A DNA stretch of 64,000 nucleotides. It comes from Verrucomicrobiia bacterium. Lineage in GTDB: Bacteria > Verrucomicrobiota > Verrucomicrobiia > Limisphaerales > UBA1319. The notes beneath the pieces are model-generated. The model was not told where the DNA came from. It saw only the letters and a program-made list of their open reading frames with translations, and did not search any database. The number at the start of each line of letters is the position of its first letter. Within the stretch, counting starts at the first letter, position 1. The translations under genes and the position numbers were made by a program. The stretch spans positions 5,184,001-5,248,000 of the forward strand of contig OY760937.1 of NCBI GenBank assembly GCA_963664225.1, read 5' to 3'. Shown here piece after piece: positions 46,934 to 57,623 of the stretch.

Positions 46934-49900
46934 AACCCGGTGGCGGTTACGGCGTTATGTCCCACTCTTAGCCCTTGTGGGAATCAGCGCCGTCGCAGAT
47001 TCCGCAGTGGCAGACGTGAGAACGTTTTCGCTGGGTGAGGCGACGCTGAGCCTGGAGGACGTGACACCGGAGGTGGGCGTGGTCTTCACCTCCTTGCGTT
47101 TCAACCGTGCGCTCAACATTTGGAATGTGGAAGTCAGCTTGACGAACCGTTCGCCCCGTACATTCCAAGGTCCGCTGGTGCTTCTGGTGGAAAACTTTAG
47201 CGGGACCAGTGGGGCTTTGCAGCCTGATGGGGTGGATGAAGTTGCAAAGGCGTTCTACGATTTCAGTGGGACCATTCAGGATGGCGTGCTATCGCCGGGT
47301 GAGCAGTCGCTAAATCGCACGTTGTCACTCGGTTTCACCTCTGGCGCGCCCAAACTAACTCCCCGAGTCTTTGTTAAATCACCAGCCGCTCCTGTGGCGC
47401 TGGGCCTCACGCGCACTCTCAACGACGCAGGCCAGCCGCTGCCTGACGTGCAGGTGGTCGAGACCGGTCCGTTGGGGGTTGTAACAAATCGCTCCGATCC
47501 GGGCTTCGGCGTTGTGACACTCGGTCAGGCGATCGGCCGGCACATCTGGCAATTCAGTGCGCCGGGCTATCTGCCGGTGTGGCGCCAACAAACGCTCGCA
47601 ACCAACGAAGTGACAGTGATTCCTGATCCACGCCTGACGCGGAGTGGTTCTAATGCATTTGTGCTGACGCCGATTTCTGGAGGCCAGATTTCAAATGCGA
47701 TCGGGACGATCCAGATCATTTATCCTCCGGGCACTGTCACGCAAAATACAACGGCAGTATTAACCTCATTGACCAGCCAGACCCTGCCGGGTTTCCTGCC
47801 GATCGGATGGAGCCCTCTCCAAGCCTTTTGGCTGGAATTCGCAGGTGAACCCACGTCGGCGGGTACCGCCACGCTGACGCTTTGGGGTCCTGTTGGAAAC
47901 GGCGAAACTGCGGCCCTGGCACGCTGGAACCCAGTGAACCTGAGCTGGGATGTGTTGCAAGTGCTCGCCGGCAATGGCAGCACCGCGCTTACCACGAGCG
48001 TGCCTGGTAGTGGATCTTACAGTCTGGTGGTGCCCGATGCGGCCCCATTCGCCCCGCCAACTCCCCAGTTGGGTCAACCCTTGGTCGCCGCCAAGGCAAG
48101 TCTGCCAGACCTGTCGGCTTTAAAAGCCAGCGGAGTCGTTGAGCCGAACTCCAGTCCGGCCAGCCGGGTTCCCGAACTGGTCACAGGCACGGCCACTGTG
48201 GTCATCACCAATTCGAGTGGGCCGTTGCCGAGCGGACTGCTCCTGCGCGGCGAAATACAAGAGGAATACCGCCTCCGTGAAAGCAGGGCAGGTATCCCGC
48301 CAGCCGCTTTGGGCACCACTCGTCACCCGCCTCAGTATGAGAACTTCATGGTTGGCTATCAACGGCCCGGTGATGGCAACGACTCCACCTTGCATGCGAC
48401 CTTCCCTCTGCGCCCACTGCTGCTGTTTGGTGCGGAAGAACTCGATCAAGCCACAGTGACCGTGGACGTGCTAACACCAACGCCATTTGCCGGCAGTGTG
48501 CTCGACACCAATGGCGGGTTGATCACCAGTGAAGGCATCCGGGTATTGGGTGGGGTGGGGGATCTTAATGGCAACCAGGCTGCGCAACTGCGGCGGCTCG
48601 ATGCGACGAACTTCACCGATTTCTCCACCAACGGGATAAGCATCACGGCCGCGTTTGAACTTGCCATTGGGGGGGTTGCCTCGGGGAGGCATCTCGTGGC
48701 GCAATGCGATGACCTTCCGACCAACGGCGTTTTCGTGCTCGCCCGCGTTCTTTACGACCAGGGGCTCTACGGACTCCGGCCTGTGGAACGATTGCGCTCC
48801 GACAGCAAGGGTCGCCTGGTGGGCGCGGAACCGGTGGTGGGCGAGCGCCTCGGTGGGTTGGTCAGCGCCGGACAATACTTGCTTTTGCGACTCAACGCAC
48901 CGCAAGGTTTGGTAACTGGCATTGCCCATAATTCCAACGGCCAACCGACCGCTGGGCTGCCCGTCCAAATCACCGGCCAGCCCTGGCTGGCATTTTCGGA
49001 AGCGAATGGCGCGTTCCGTCTGCTCGCACCCACCGGAGCGGTCCAAGTCGCCGTGACCGATCTGGCCAGTGGCGATTCAGGTGCGGCCCAGATCACGGTT
49101 TCCAGCCCGCAAGCCGTCACCACGGCCAACCCCGGCACCGCGTCCATCTCGCCGCAGGTGAGCTCGATCAATCCAACCAATGGTGCGGCAGGAATTGCGA
49201 GGGTAACGTCGATTATTGTGAACTTCAGCAAACCCGTGAATCCGGCCACGCTACAGGGGGGCGGCATTCAATTGTTGAGCACAAATGGCGTGGCTGTGAT
49301 CGCCAGTCTGACTTTGAACCTCAAAAACACGATGGCGACATTGTTGCCCAGCGAACAGCTTGCGCCCAGTACTTTGCATACGCTCCTCCTGTCGACCAAC
49401 ATCACCGACCTAACAGGCCTAAAACTCGCTGGCCCAACGAGCTTCACATTCACCACTGAGAGTGACCAACTCAATCGAGTCAGTGCCCAGTTCATCATAT
49501 ATGAACCCACCAACGGTTTTGCGCCGGTCTTCGGCACGCCAGGAGCGGCGGACCCAGAATCCCCGGTCATTCTGATCAATGAGACAAGTGGCGAGACTGC
49601 GACGATCCTTTCGCGGGTGGACGGAAGTTTCACCAATATTATCGCCGCCGATGTGGAGGATTTTATAAGCGCGACGATTGTCAACAGAAACGGCACGCGG
49701 ACTACGATGCCGGCAGTCCGTCAGGTATTCCGCGACGGCAGCGTCGGTTTGTTCAATGGAGGCGGCGTGATCGCCGTCGATGGCGACCAGGGCCCCATTG
49801 AACTCCGAGTGGAGCCAGGATCCATTGCCACACGGACAGTGCTCCGAATGGCTTCGGTCCCGCTGGCGACAGTCAAGCGGGTGCTGACAGATCCGCCCGG

Positions 49901-52900
49901 CGGGGGTGTCAAAGTGCTGGGAGGCGTGACGCTAAGCGAAGCGGGGGATCCACTGACCGTCGGGGCGGACATCTCTTTTCCAATTGATCCGGCGATGCTG
50001 GATTTGCCGCCGGGCACACGGCCCGAGGACGCCACCTTCGCTCTGGCCATCCCGAGGGAACAGGAGGACGGCACGACAGTGTATCAAATCATTGAGCGGA
50101 TGGATTACGACCATGGCAAGCTCGTGACTCGTTCGCCGCCGTTTCTCGGAATTGTGCTCAAGAAGCTATTCGGTCAGCTCAGTTCCACCAAGAAGCTAAA
50201 GCTATCCAACCAGATTCTCAATGCCTTGGGTCTTCCGAGCCTTCAGCAAACGATTGTACACGAATTGTTGCTTCCACTGATGCTGGCTCAGGGAACCAGC
50301 ACGACTGTGCACGGCCACGTTCGCGCGGCTGAGTTCGACGATCAGGGCAACCCGAAGCCCGGCACTGAAAACGTCGTGCCGGGAGCGTTGGTCGTTATTG
50401 ACAAGGGCACCGCCAGTCCGGGCATTCCCGGACGGCTCAAGCCGGGAGACACGTTCGTGACCGCTGATGAAAAAGGTCTCTACGCCTCGATTTTCCCAAT
50501 CAATCTCGTCGATGGGCCAGAAGACTTTCTAGTCACGGCGACGCATCCCGCTTTTTTCGGGCAGCGCGCTGCCGGTGGCCAGGTGATTCAAAACATGGCC
50601 GAGCGCCTGCGCAACGCGATCATCAATCTGAAGTTGGGTGTCGAGGTCGAGCTCTACTTCAACAAAGTCAATGCACAGATCGAAGTGGGCGATGATGTAA
50701 CCCCTCCGACAATAGTTTTCACTCAAACGCCCCGCGATCCACCGCCGGGCACCGGACTGGAGGACGGAGTCACCGTCACCGTCTCGGCGCGTGATGATCG
50801 ATCCATCGATTCGGTCCAAATCCAGATCGTTAATTATCAATCGCTGGTGGTGACAACAAATCCTCCGGCGCCGTCACCCACGTTGTTGACGGAAACCAAC
50901 CTGAGCGCGGCGTTGCGCGAAGTCTCCTTCAGGTTGAACAGCCTGGTGCGCGCCATCGCCACCGTGCGGGCGACGGCCACGGACTTGAGCGGCAATTTCC
51001 GGAGCGCGGACTACCCGGTAGTCTTCGCGGGTGATCGGGTGTACCCGGCACCCACCGGAGGGAAAGGGCCCCGCGTCATCACGTCCTGGCCAACAGATGG
51101 CTCGCTTGGGGTTCGTCCCGGTATGCCATTTTTGCTCGACTTTTCCGTGCCGCTGACCAATACCGCCGGTGCCACGGCTGCGCAATGGCTCCAGGTGACC
51201 GGAGGTGATTTGACGGACGCTGAACTTTCCCCGGACGGTAAAGTCGTCACCGTTCACTTCAATGCCACTCCCGGTTCGGCGGTAACATTCGTCGTCCAGT
51301 CCACCTTGCTCGGTGCCAACAATCGGTCATTTGACCAGGATCCCGCAACGAGTGGCGACCAGAGTTACACCCTGACCCTGACACTGGCGCCATCGCAGGA
51401 AGAGGCATTGACGGGATTGACTTTTGGTGGTGGTGCCGTGGTTAAAGGTCGCTACGTGCTGGCGCTGGATCGTGCGCAGAACGCGGGGGCGGTGGTCGTT
51501 TATGACCTGGCCAGCGGCCAGCCCGTAAAGGTGGCGTCGGCGCCATTGGCGGGGCCGGCACGCGATCTGGCTTTGATCCCGAACTGGACGTTTGCGATGA
51601 AGGACGGCGGTGTTAGCCAAACCCGGGATCTCCTGGCCGTCGTCGGCGGGTCCATCAGCGCCGAGGGCTTCCAAATCCTGCGCGTGTTCGATGTGACCGA
51701 TCCACCGAACATTTCGCGTGTGGCCGGGAGCAGCATTGCGCTGGGTGCGGTCGCCGTCACCAAGTTACGCTGGGCGGCACCATATCTGGCCTTCCTCGAA
51801 AGCGGGGCCGACGTGACATCTGTCGGGTTCATCAATTTACAGTCTTATATCATCGGCATGAATGCCACGCCTGATGAAATCGCGGCGTTTCCGCAGGAAG
51901 GGCGCCCGGGCACGGATGCCAACAACGATGGCGACTTTGGCGACATCGGCGACGTGCTCCCTTTGCCGCAACGCAATCCAATCAGCTTTTTTGGAAAAGA
52001 ATTCGCGCTGACCACCGAAACAGTGCAGCGGATCCTGGATTTCGACATTGATAACGGGACAGGCTTGGTCGGCCTGACCCTTGCCGCTGGATTCAAGCGC
52101 GGATCCAATGGGCTGGCTGACCCTAACTTGCCTCTAACAGGTGCCTATCGCACCGCGATTGATCCCAGTGGTCCGCTCGATCCTCACAAGGCGACCCTGC
52201 CAATGCTGGCAGGCGAACGACCCAAGCGAGTCGCGCTTTTCCCGCAGGTGGCGCTTCAACGCACAAACGGGACGATTACCGTGCTCGATCTTGCGCTGGT
52301 CTCGGTAAACGATGAAGGCGGAGCAACGAACCAATTGGTTCTGGTAGACATCTCGGATCCCCTCGGACCGCGACGGGTCGGGACAGCGGATGTCAGCATT
52401 TTTGGCGTGCCGCAGACTATCAATCGACGCGCCGACGGCCTGTTGGCTCTCGCCACCACCCAGGATGTGCTGCTGCTCGATCCGGCACGATTGCTTTTGC
52501 CGGTTACTCCTTCGGGCCTGCCGGCAGCGCTTGTCGGCACTTTGAGCGGTCTGGGCGGCGGCATGAATTCCTTCGACGCGCCGGATTCGGGAGTGAACGT
52601 GGTGAATGCCGGCGGTAATTCGAAAGTCATCCGCACATCGCCAAGCCTGCGAATCCTCACCTTTCCCGGAGACACTCCACAACCTGCGTCGTTTATTGCC
52701 GGACTGCCGATTGATGCGAAGAAAGCACTCCTGTCCCGTGGCGTTGAACAATCGTTGCTGATAAAGAGCCGACTGTTGACCCAACCGACGAATAGTTCTA
52801 CTCCCGATCTCACATTACCGGATCCGAACCAGCATTACTACGTTCGGGTGGACGCGTTGGCGATGACGAACACCTTGGATCTGGCGATTGAAGTCCTGAA

Positions 52901-55900
52901 TGGCAGTGGGTATCCTCTCGAGGAGCATGGGGGCAACCAGCCGCCGGTGAAGATGGCGTCACCGCTCACGATGACAGGTTTAGGGGTGACGAACGGATCC
53001 CTCTTCCCACGGCGCCTGGTGGCGCAACGGATGGCGGCAGAACCTGGCAATCTATTGTACAATGTCTTCCTTGCGGGTCCTTTCGTCCTGAGTGCGGGTC
53101 CTATTCCAACCAACTTCGCTCAAAAAGTTGTCGATCAGGTTCCCCGCGTCGTCCTTCGGCCCGGACGCGCGTTGTGGGTGGGAATTGATCCCACATCAAC
53201 CGCCGGATTGTCCCCGGGTAGCGCTGCGACCGTTGCAGGACACCGCCTGCTTCCGGGTGCATCCACCTATGCCCGTATTGAACACTCTCAACCGCCCATC
53301 ATCTTCATTCCGGGGATGGCGGGGTCGCATCTGGAGAACGCAGACGCCTTTTTGGCAGATGCCAACCCGCTGCCGTTTGGGCTCACCGAGCGTTGGCCGG
53401 GCTATGTGAGTGCGCTCCAAAAGCAGCTATCACTCGATCCGTCCGATACTCAGCCAGCGATCGTGCCGAGCGACGCGATCCGCAAGATACCGGAGGCGTT
53501 CACGCTTGAGGCGATCATGGGCAATAATTTTGCCGCCAATGCGGCCGGGGCAGCAGCGTCGGCATTGACGGCCATATACGAGCCATTACTGAAGCACCTC
53601 GTCGAGGTTGGTGGCTATGTCGAGTATGACTATACCCACCGCGACGGTAAATTGGTAAAGCCGCATAACATGCCACCACTGCGGGATCCCGCGACGTTTG
53701 ATGGAACCCAGCTTGCCCAGCATCCGAATCTATTTGTGTACCCGTATGACTGGCGGCGCGATAATGGCATCGCGTCCACCAACCTGGAGCGTTACCTTGA
53801 GTTGGTGCGCCTTTTCAATCCAGAAGAGGATCAGGTCGATCTGGTGGCGCACAGCAACGGCGGCCTGGTTGCACGCCGCTTCATTATCGATCACCCGGGT
53901 GTCGTGCGCCGTTGTGTCACGCTGGGGACACCCTTCCTGGGCGCGCCCAAGGCAGTGGCTTCGATGGAGACCGGCGATTTCGACAGCGCGGTCCTCAATT
54001 TCATCATGGAAAAACCGCTCATGCGAAAGCTGGCTGAGTATTTTGGGGGCACGCAACAATTGCTCCCGCAGCTCGCTTTTTTCACGCTGGGCGGGCGTCC
54101 GCTGGTGGAAGCCGGCTGGGATTTGAACGAAAACGGCAATGCCTTCGAGACCTACGACTATGACCATTACAAGCTGGTGATGGACCAGGTGTTTCACAGC
54201 CGCACCAACGTCTTTCCGGTCGCCACGAACGAGCTTTTCCACAGCTATTCGGTTGGGCCAAACCAGCAGGGCGACTGGCGCAACGACACAACGGGCGTTG
54301 AATACTTCCACATCTTTGGAGTGCAGGCCGCCCCCAATACCATCACTCAGGTGCGGGCGACGCGACGCCTGCGCGAACTTGGAACCAACTTCACGGATTT
54401 GTCGCTAACGCTTTATTCGCCCGACGAAACGGTCTTTGGGCGGGAATTGCGCACAACGCCAACCAATACCCTCAGTCAGCGCCGCTTTGTCGTGGAGAAT
54501 CACCTCGAGTATGTCCGGGGCGAGGGCGATGGCACCGTGCCGGTATTGAGCGCGGCCCGGACCAATTCCGTCGACAATTTCAACGCACCGGGCGCGCACC
54601 TTATTCGCGCCGCCAGTCCGTCGCCCGACAAAGACGGAGACTATGAACACAACAGCATGCTCGGCAACCCCGACGTCCTGAAGGCGGTGACCGACGCACT
54701 CGCCGGCCTGGAACCGAGCATCCCGCCGCCGACACCCGTGGCGGCTACGCCCTTGGGCCAGGCCGGCATTCGTGCTGCGGCACCGTTGGGTTCGGACCCG
54801 GGCTACCGGATTGAACTGATCAATGCCGCACCCGGCACGGCGGTGATTCATGATTCGGTCAACCCGAACGACACCACGGAAGGAGCGGTGGAAGAGTTCT
54901 TCGGGATAAGCAATAAGCGCGTCACCTGGCTCCTGGGCGTAGGCCAGGACTCTGAGGGTTTGAACGCGGTGAACTTTCATATCCCGGACGGCCTCCCAGG
55001 CGGACCCTTCGTGGTCGAGTTCACAGCCGGTGAGTTGCCGGTCGTGCTCATCGTTTCTCGGATCGTGGCTGGCCAGGTCGAGCGGCGGGTGATCTACGGT
55101 GGCCGGCTGTTTGGCGACGGCGATGCAGTTAAAGTCACGATCGATTCCAACACCGGCGATGCGACTTTCAATCCCGGCGGTGGGATCCTCGAGCCAACGC
55201 GCGTGCTGGTTGGAGCCGAAGCCCGGGACGAAACCGCGCCTGCGACTCAGCTCAAGCCGGTCAACGGGAACGTCACGATAGCAGAAGTGACAGCGACAGA
55301 CGCGGTGAGTAGCACGAATGGGCTGACTTACTATGTCGCGCCTGACGACTGGAATGATGGTGAAATCACAACCGAAGTGTTCCAGCAGCTCGATCAGCCG
55401 CAGGTAGATATGACGCTGTTGAATTACAACCAGGGCTGGGTGGTCAGCTCGGATGCCGCAGGCAATATCAGTCCGCCGCGTCTGCTCTCGATCAACACCC
55501 CGGCACCCGACTGCACACTCTTCGTGCAACGCCGGCTAGTGCTTAGCGATGTCGTCGTGAAGGGACTGGAGGCGGCATTCGCAAGTGGCTGGCTGCTGAA
55601 CCTCACCAACGCCAAGGCGCTTGAACAAGGCAGCGGCGCCTGTCTTTGGCGGCAGGATGACCAGGGTAATGATATTTCGTGCCAGCAGTGCGCGGGCGTA
55701 TATGACCCAAACCGCAGCGACCACGACATCGAACTATTCCTGCCCTGCTTCATTAGCGGTGCGCCCCCCAACCTGACAGCGGTGGCGCATGACGCCCTCA
55801 CCCTGGCAGGCGACTGGTACTTCCGCCGTCCGGATGACGCTGGACAAAACTGGAGCTACACCAAGCCTCCGGCCTTCGGCGGTGGTGCAGTTCTGATAGC

Positions 55901-57623
55901 CAAATCAAGCCAGACGAACTTCACTCCCGCGGAGATCATTGCCAATGGTTTGAATACGCTGGCGAGGCAACGAAATGACGCGCTGCCTGAGGTCTCCTTC
56001 TTCCCGGTACGTTACGAGTATTTCACCAATGCCGTCCTTGATTTGGAGGCCAATACGGCCTATCTCGGCGGCAGCGACCCGATCGGCGATGCGGGGTTGG
56101 GTCGGCAGCTTCTGCTCCTGAAATGGCTCCTGGAAGGCGAGTATCTGCGAGTCAATCACCCGCCAATCAATCTCGCAGGCGAGGACCTTGACACTGTTTG
56201 GCAACGTCTCACCAATCACGGCATCCCGCGCCTTGAGGGATTCGAATGGGCGGAGTTGCAGCAATTCAACGATTTTTCGAGCGGTTTCATGCTGCGCACT
56301 TTTGACCCCATTCGTGTCCGAGGTGCCAATCCGGCCGCCATGAACTTCCTGCGTGACCGCACCATCAAGCAAGTAAAGACGCTCGGCAAGGCTGCGTTGC
56401 GCGGCGCGGCGGCGTTGCTCGCCGGCGCGGACCAGGGTGACGAATTGTTTCGCCTGAGTCGCAGTGCTTATCGTCAGATGGGGTATCGTTCATTCGAGGA
56501 ATATGTTCGCGACGTGGCGGCCGGCCAGTTCGTATTACTCGGGACATTTGCCAATAATTTGAATACCTGGCTGGAGGCCAAGGAGGGAAGCACTCCATTT
56601 ATCGACAACCTGTTGCAAGATGATTGTGCCGTAAATTCCTACCTCCAACAGTCCATCCAGTTTCTGTTCTTTGTCCGCAGCCAGGTCTTTGTGAATCACG
56701 AAATCGACATCGGAATTCTGCAGATCGGCAACCAATCCGAGCTCTTCTTCCGCACCAATAATCTCCAGCGGCTCCGGGACGGCTTCCCTGCAGTGGGCCG
56801 AAGCGGCTTGGCACAAGTCTCTCAGGAAAGCGTGATCAATCTGGAGTTACTTCTGCGCAATGACGGGCCAAGCCTAATCAACAATGCGGAAATCCGAATG
56901 AAGATTACGGGTCGTTCGGATGTGACCCTGACGACCAACCTGTTGCCCGCCAGCGTAATGATCCTTCGCGGCAACCGGGATAGCGGCGCACCATTCTTCC
57001 TCGTCACTCCGCATACGGACACGGTATTCCGCGAGGTCAGCCTGGAGTTGCCCACACCCGGATCCATCCACGAACTCACCTCTGCCAACAATGTGATCGA
57101 GTTTGCCACCTTTGTCCTCAGCCTGACCGACCCGTGTGATCACGCGGCAGGTTACACGCCACATCCCGACCACACGCTGTTCAAGGATGATCAACTCAGC
57201 TCGCCATATCGGACGCCGCCGGGATTTGATCCGGGCTTCCAGCCGGGTATCTCCGGTCAGTTCCTGGCACTGAAGTTCAAGGATCACTTTGGCAAGCTGC
57301 CGGAAGGCATTTTCATCGTGGGGAGCCGCACCAAGGGTGAGAACACGGGTGATATCGACACGGTGTTTATAACTGATCTTATCATCGACCGCGACGTCAC
57401 CGACCGTCTCGCTGCTTGGACGTTCTTCCGATCGGTCAATCCGCATCTCGTCCCGTTCCTGGATGCCAACGGAATCACGGGTATCGGGCTGGCGACACCC
57501 GACAATCCGAATCCACGCGGTCTCGGCTACGATCCCGACGACATTCCGAAGAAAGGTACCGTAGATACAATGTTCTCAACCTACTGGCAGATGTACCGGC
57601 CCGGTGTTCGTATTTACCCATGA
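46917..57623 (+). CDS. giant secreted protein (3568 aa): Ig-like/carboxypeptidase-regulatory-like domains, LVIVD-like propeller, alpha/beta-hydrolase, C-terminal nucleotidyltransferase-like tip
   Basis: Signal peptide, Big_5-like PQVSSINPTNGA..FSKPVNP, LVLVDISDP repeats, FIPGMAGS/YDWRR/AHSNGG/GDGTVP/EH, VGSRTKGENTGDID. Confidence 0.85.
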   Translation: MTSPHETRWRLRRYVPLLALVGISAVADSAVADVRTFSLGEATLSLEDVTPEVGVVFTSLRFNRALNIWNVEVSLTNRSPRTFQGPLVLLVENFSGTSGALQPDGVDEVAKAFYDFSGTIQDGVLSPGEQSLNRTLSLGFTSGAPKLTPRVFVKSPAAPVALGLTRTLNDAGQPLPDVQVVETGPLGVVTNRSDPGFGVVTLGQAIGRHIWQFSAPGYLPVWRQQTLATNEVTVIPDPRLTRSGSNAFVLTPISGGQISNAIGTIQIIYPPGTVTQNTTAVLTSLTSQTLPGFLPIGWSPLQAFWLEFAGEPTSAGTATLTLWGPVGNGETAALARWNPVNLSWDVLQVLAGNGSTALTTSVPGSGSYSLVVPDAAPFAPPTPQLGQPLVAAKASLPDLSALKASGVVEPNSSPASRVPELVTGTATVVITNSSGPLPSGLLLRGEIQEEYRLRESRAGIPPAALGTTRHPPQYENFMVGYQRPGDGNDSTLHATFPLRPLLLFGAEELDQATVTVDVLTPTPFAGSVLDTNGGLITSEGIRVLGGVGDLNGNQAAQLRRLDATNFTDFSTNGISITAAFELAIGGVASGRHLVAQCDDLPTNGVFVLARVLYDQGLYGLRPVERLRSDSKGRLVGAEPVVGERLGGLVSAGQYLLLRLNAPQGLVTGIAHNSNGQPTAGLPVQITGQPWLAFSEANGAFRLLAPTGAVQVAVTDLASGDSGAAQITVSSPQAVTTANPGTASISPQVSSINPTNGAAGIARVTSIIVNFSKPVNPATLQGGGIQLLSTNGVAVIASLTLNLKNTMATLLPSEQLAPSTLHTLLLSTNITDLTGLKLAGPTSFTFTTESDQLNRVSAQFIIYEPTNGFAPVFGTPGAADPESPVILINETSGETATILSRVDGSFTNIIAADVEDFISATIVNRNGTRTTMPAVRQVFRDGSVGLFNGGGVIAVDGDQGPIELRVEPGSIATRTVLRMASVPLATVKRVLTDPPGGGVKVLGGVTLSEAGDPLTVGADISFPIDPAMLDLPPGTRPEDATFALAIPREQEDGTTVYQIIERMDYDHGKLVTRSPPFLGIVLKKLFGQLSSTKKLKLSNQILNALGLPSLQQTIVHELLLPLMLAQGTSTTVHGHVRAAEFDDQGNPKPGTENVVPGALVVIDKGTASPGIPGRLKPGDTFVTADEKGLYASIFPINLVDGPEDFLVTATHPAFFGQRAAGGQVIQNMAERLRNAIINLKLGVEVELYFNKVNAQIEVGDDVTPPTIVFTQTPRDPPPGTGLEDGVTVTVSARDDRSIDSVQIQIVNYQSLVVTTNPPAPSPTLLTETNLSAALREVSFRLNSLVRAIATVRATATDLSGNFRSADYPVVFAGDRVYPAPTGGKGPRVITSWPTDGSLGVRPGMPFLLDFSVPLTNTAGATAAQWLQVTGGDLTDAELSPDGKVVTVHFNATPGSAVTFVVQSTLLGANNRSFDQDPATSGDQSYTLTLTLAPSQEEALTGLTFGGGAVVKGRYVLALDRAQNAGAVVVYDLASGQPVKVASAPLAGPARDLALIPNWTFAMKDGGVSQTRDLLAVVGGSISAEGFQILRVFDVTDPPNISRVAGSSIALGAVAVTKLRWAAPYLAFLESGADVTSVGFINLQSYIIGMNATPDEIAAFPQEGRPGTDANNDGDFGDIGDVLPLPQRNPISFFGKEFALTTETVQRILDFDIDNGTGLVGLTLAAGFKRGSNGLADPNLPLTGAYRTAIDPSGPLDPHKATLPMLAGERPKRVALFPQVALQRTNGTITVLDLALVSVNDEGGATNQLVLVDISDPLGPRRVGTADVSIFGVPQTINRRADGLLALATTQDVLLLDPARLLLPVTPSGLPAALVGTLSGLGGGMNSFDAPDSGVNVVNAGGNSKVIRTSPSLRILTFPGDTPQPASFIAGLPIDAKKALLSRGVEQSLLIKSRLLTQPTNSSTPDLTLPDPNQHYYVRVDALAMTNTLDLAIEVLNGSGYPLEEHGGNQPPVKMASPLTMTGLGVTNGSLFPRRLVAQRMAAEPGNLLYNVFLAGPFVLSAGPIPTNFAQKVVDQVPRVVLRPGRALWVGIDPTSTAGLSPGSAATVAGHRLLPGASTYARIEHSQPPIIFIPGMAGSHLENADAFLADANPLPFGLTERWPGYVSALQKQLSLDPSDTQPAIVPSDAIRKIPEAFTLEAIMGNNFAANAAGAAASALTAIYEPLLKHLVEVGGYVEYDYTHRDGKLVKPHNMPPLRDPATFDGTQLAQHPNLFVYPYDWRRDNGIASTNLERYLELVRLFNPEEDQVDLVAHSNGGLVARRFIIDHPGVVRRCVTLGTPFLGAPKAVASMETGDFDSAVLNFIMEKPLMRKLAEYFGGTQQLLPQLAFFTLGGRPLVEAGWDLNENGNAFETYDYDHYKLVMDQVFHSRTNVFPVATNELFHSYSVGPNQQGDWRNDTTGVEYFHIFGVQAAPNTITQVRATRRLRELGTNFTDLSLTLYSPDETVFGRELRTTPTNTLSQRRFVVENHLEYVRGEGDGTVPVLSAARTNSVDNFNAPGAHLIRAASPSPDKDGDYEHNSMLGNPDVLKAVTDALAGLEPSIPPPTPVAATPLGQAGIRAAAPLGSDPGYRIELINAAPGTAVIHDSVNPNDTTEGAVEEFFGISNKRVTWLLGVGQDSEGLNAVNFHIPDGLPGGPFVVEFTAGELPVVLIVSRIVAGQVERRVIYGGRLFGDGDAVKVTIDSNTGDATFNPGGGILEPTRVLVGAEARDETAPATQLKPVNGNVTIAEVTATDAVSSTNGLTYYVAPDDWNDGEITTEVFQQLDQPQVDMTLLNYNQGWVVSSDAAGNISPPRLLSINTPAPDCTLFVQRRLVLSDVVVKGLEAAFASGWLLNLTNAKALEQGSGACLWRQDDQGNDISCQQCAGVYDPNRSDHDIELFLPCFISGAPPNLTAVAHDALTLAGDWYFRRPDDAGQNWSYTKPPAFGGGAVLIAKSSQTNFTPAEIIANGLNTLARQRNDALPEVSFFPVRYEYFTNAVLDLEANTAYLGGSDPIGDAGLGRQLLLLKWLLEGEYLRVNHPPINLAGEDLDTVWQRLTNHGIPRLEGFEWAELQQFNDFSSGFMLRTFDPIRVRGANPAAMNFLRDRTIKQVKTLGKAALRGAAALLAGADQGDELFRLSRSAYRQMGYRSFEEYVRDVAAGQFVLLGTFANNLNTWLEAKEGSTPFIDNLLQDDCAVNSYLQQSIQFLFFVRSQVFVNHEIDIGILQIGNQSELFFRTNNLQRLRDGFPAVGRSGLAQVSQESVINLELLLRNDGPSLINNAEIRMKITGRSDVTLTTNLLPASVMILRGNRDSGAPFFLVTPHTDTVFREVSLELPTPGSIHELTSANNVIEFATFVLSLTDPCDHAAGYTPHPDHTLFKDDQLSSPYRTPPGFDPGFQPGISGQFLALKFKDHFGKLPEGIFIVGSRTKGENTGDIDTVFITDLIIDRDVTDRLAAWTFFRSVNPHLVPFLDANGITGIGLATPDNPNPRGLGYDPDDIPKKGTVDTMFSTYWQMYRPGVRIYP

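Noticed and set aside
54405..55529. 374-aa - strand ORF
   Set aside because: Antisense shadow within the 3568-aa gene, expected at high GC.
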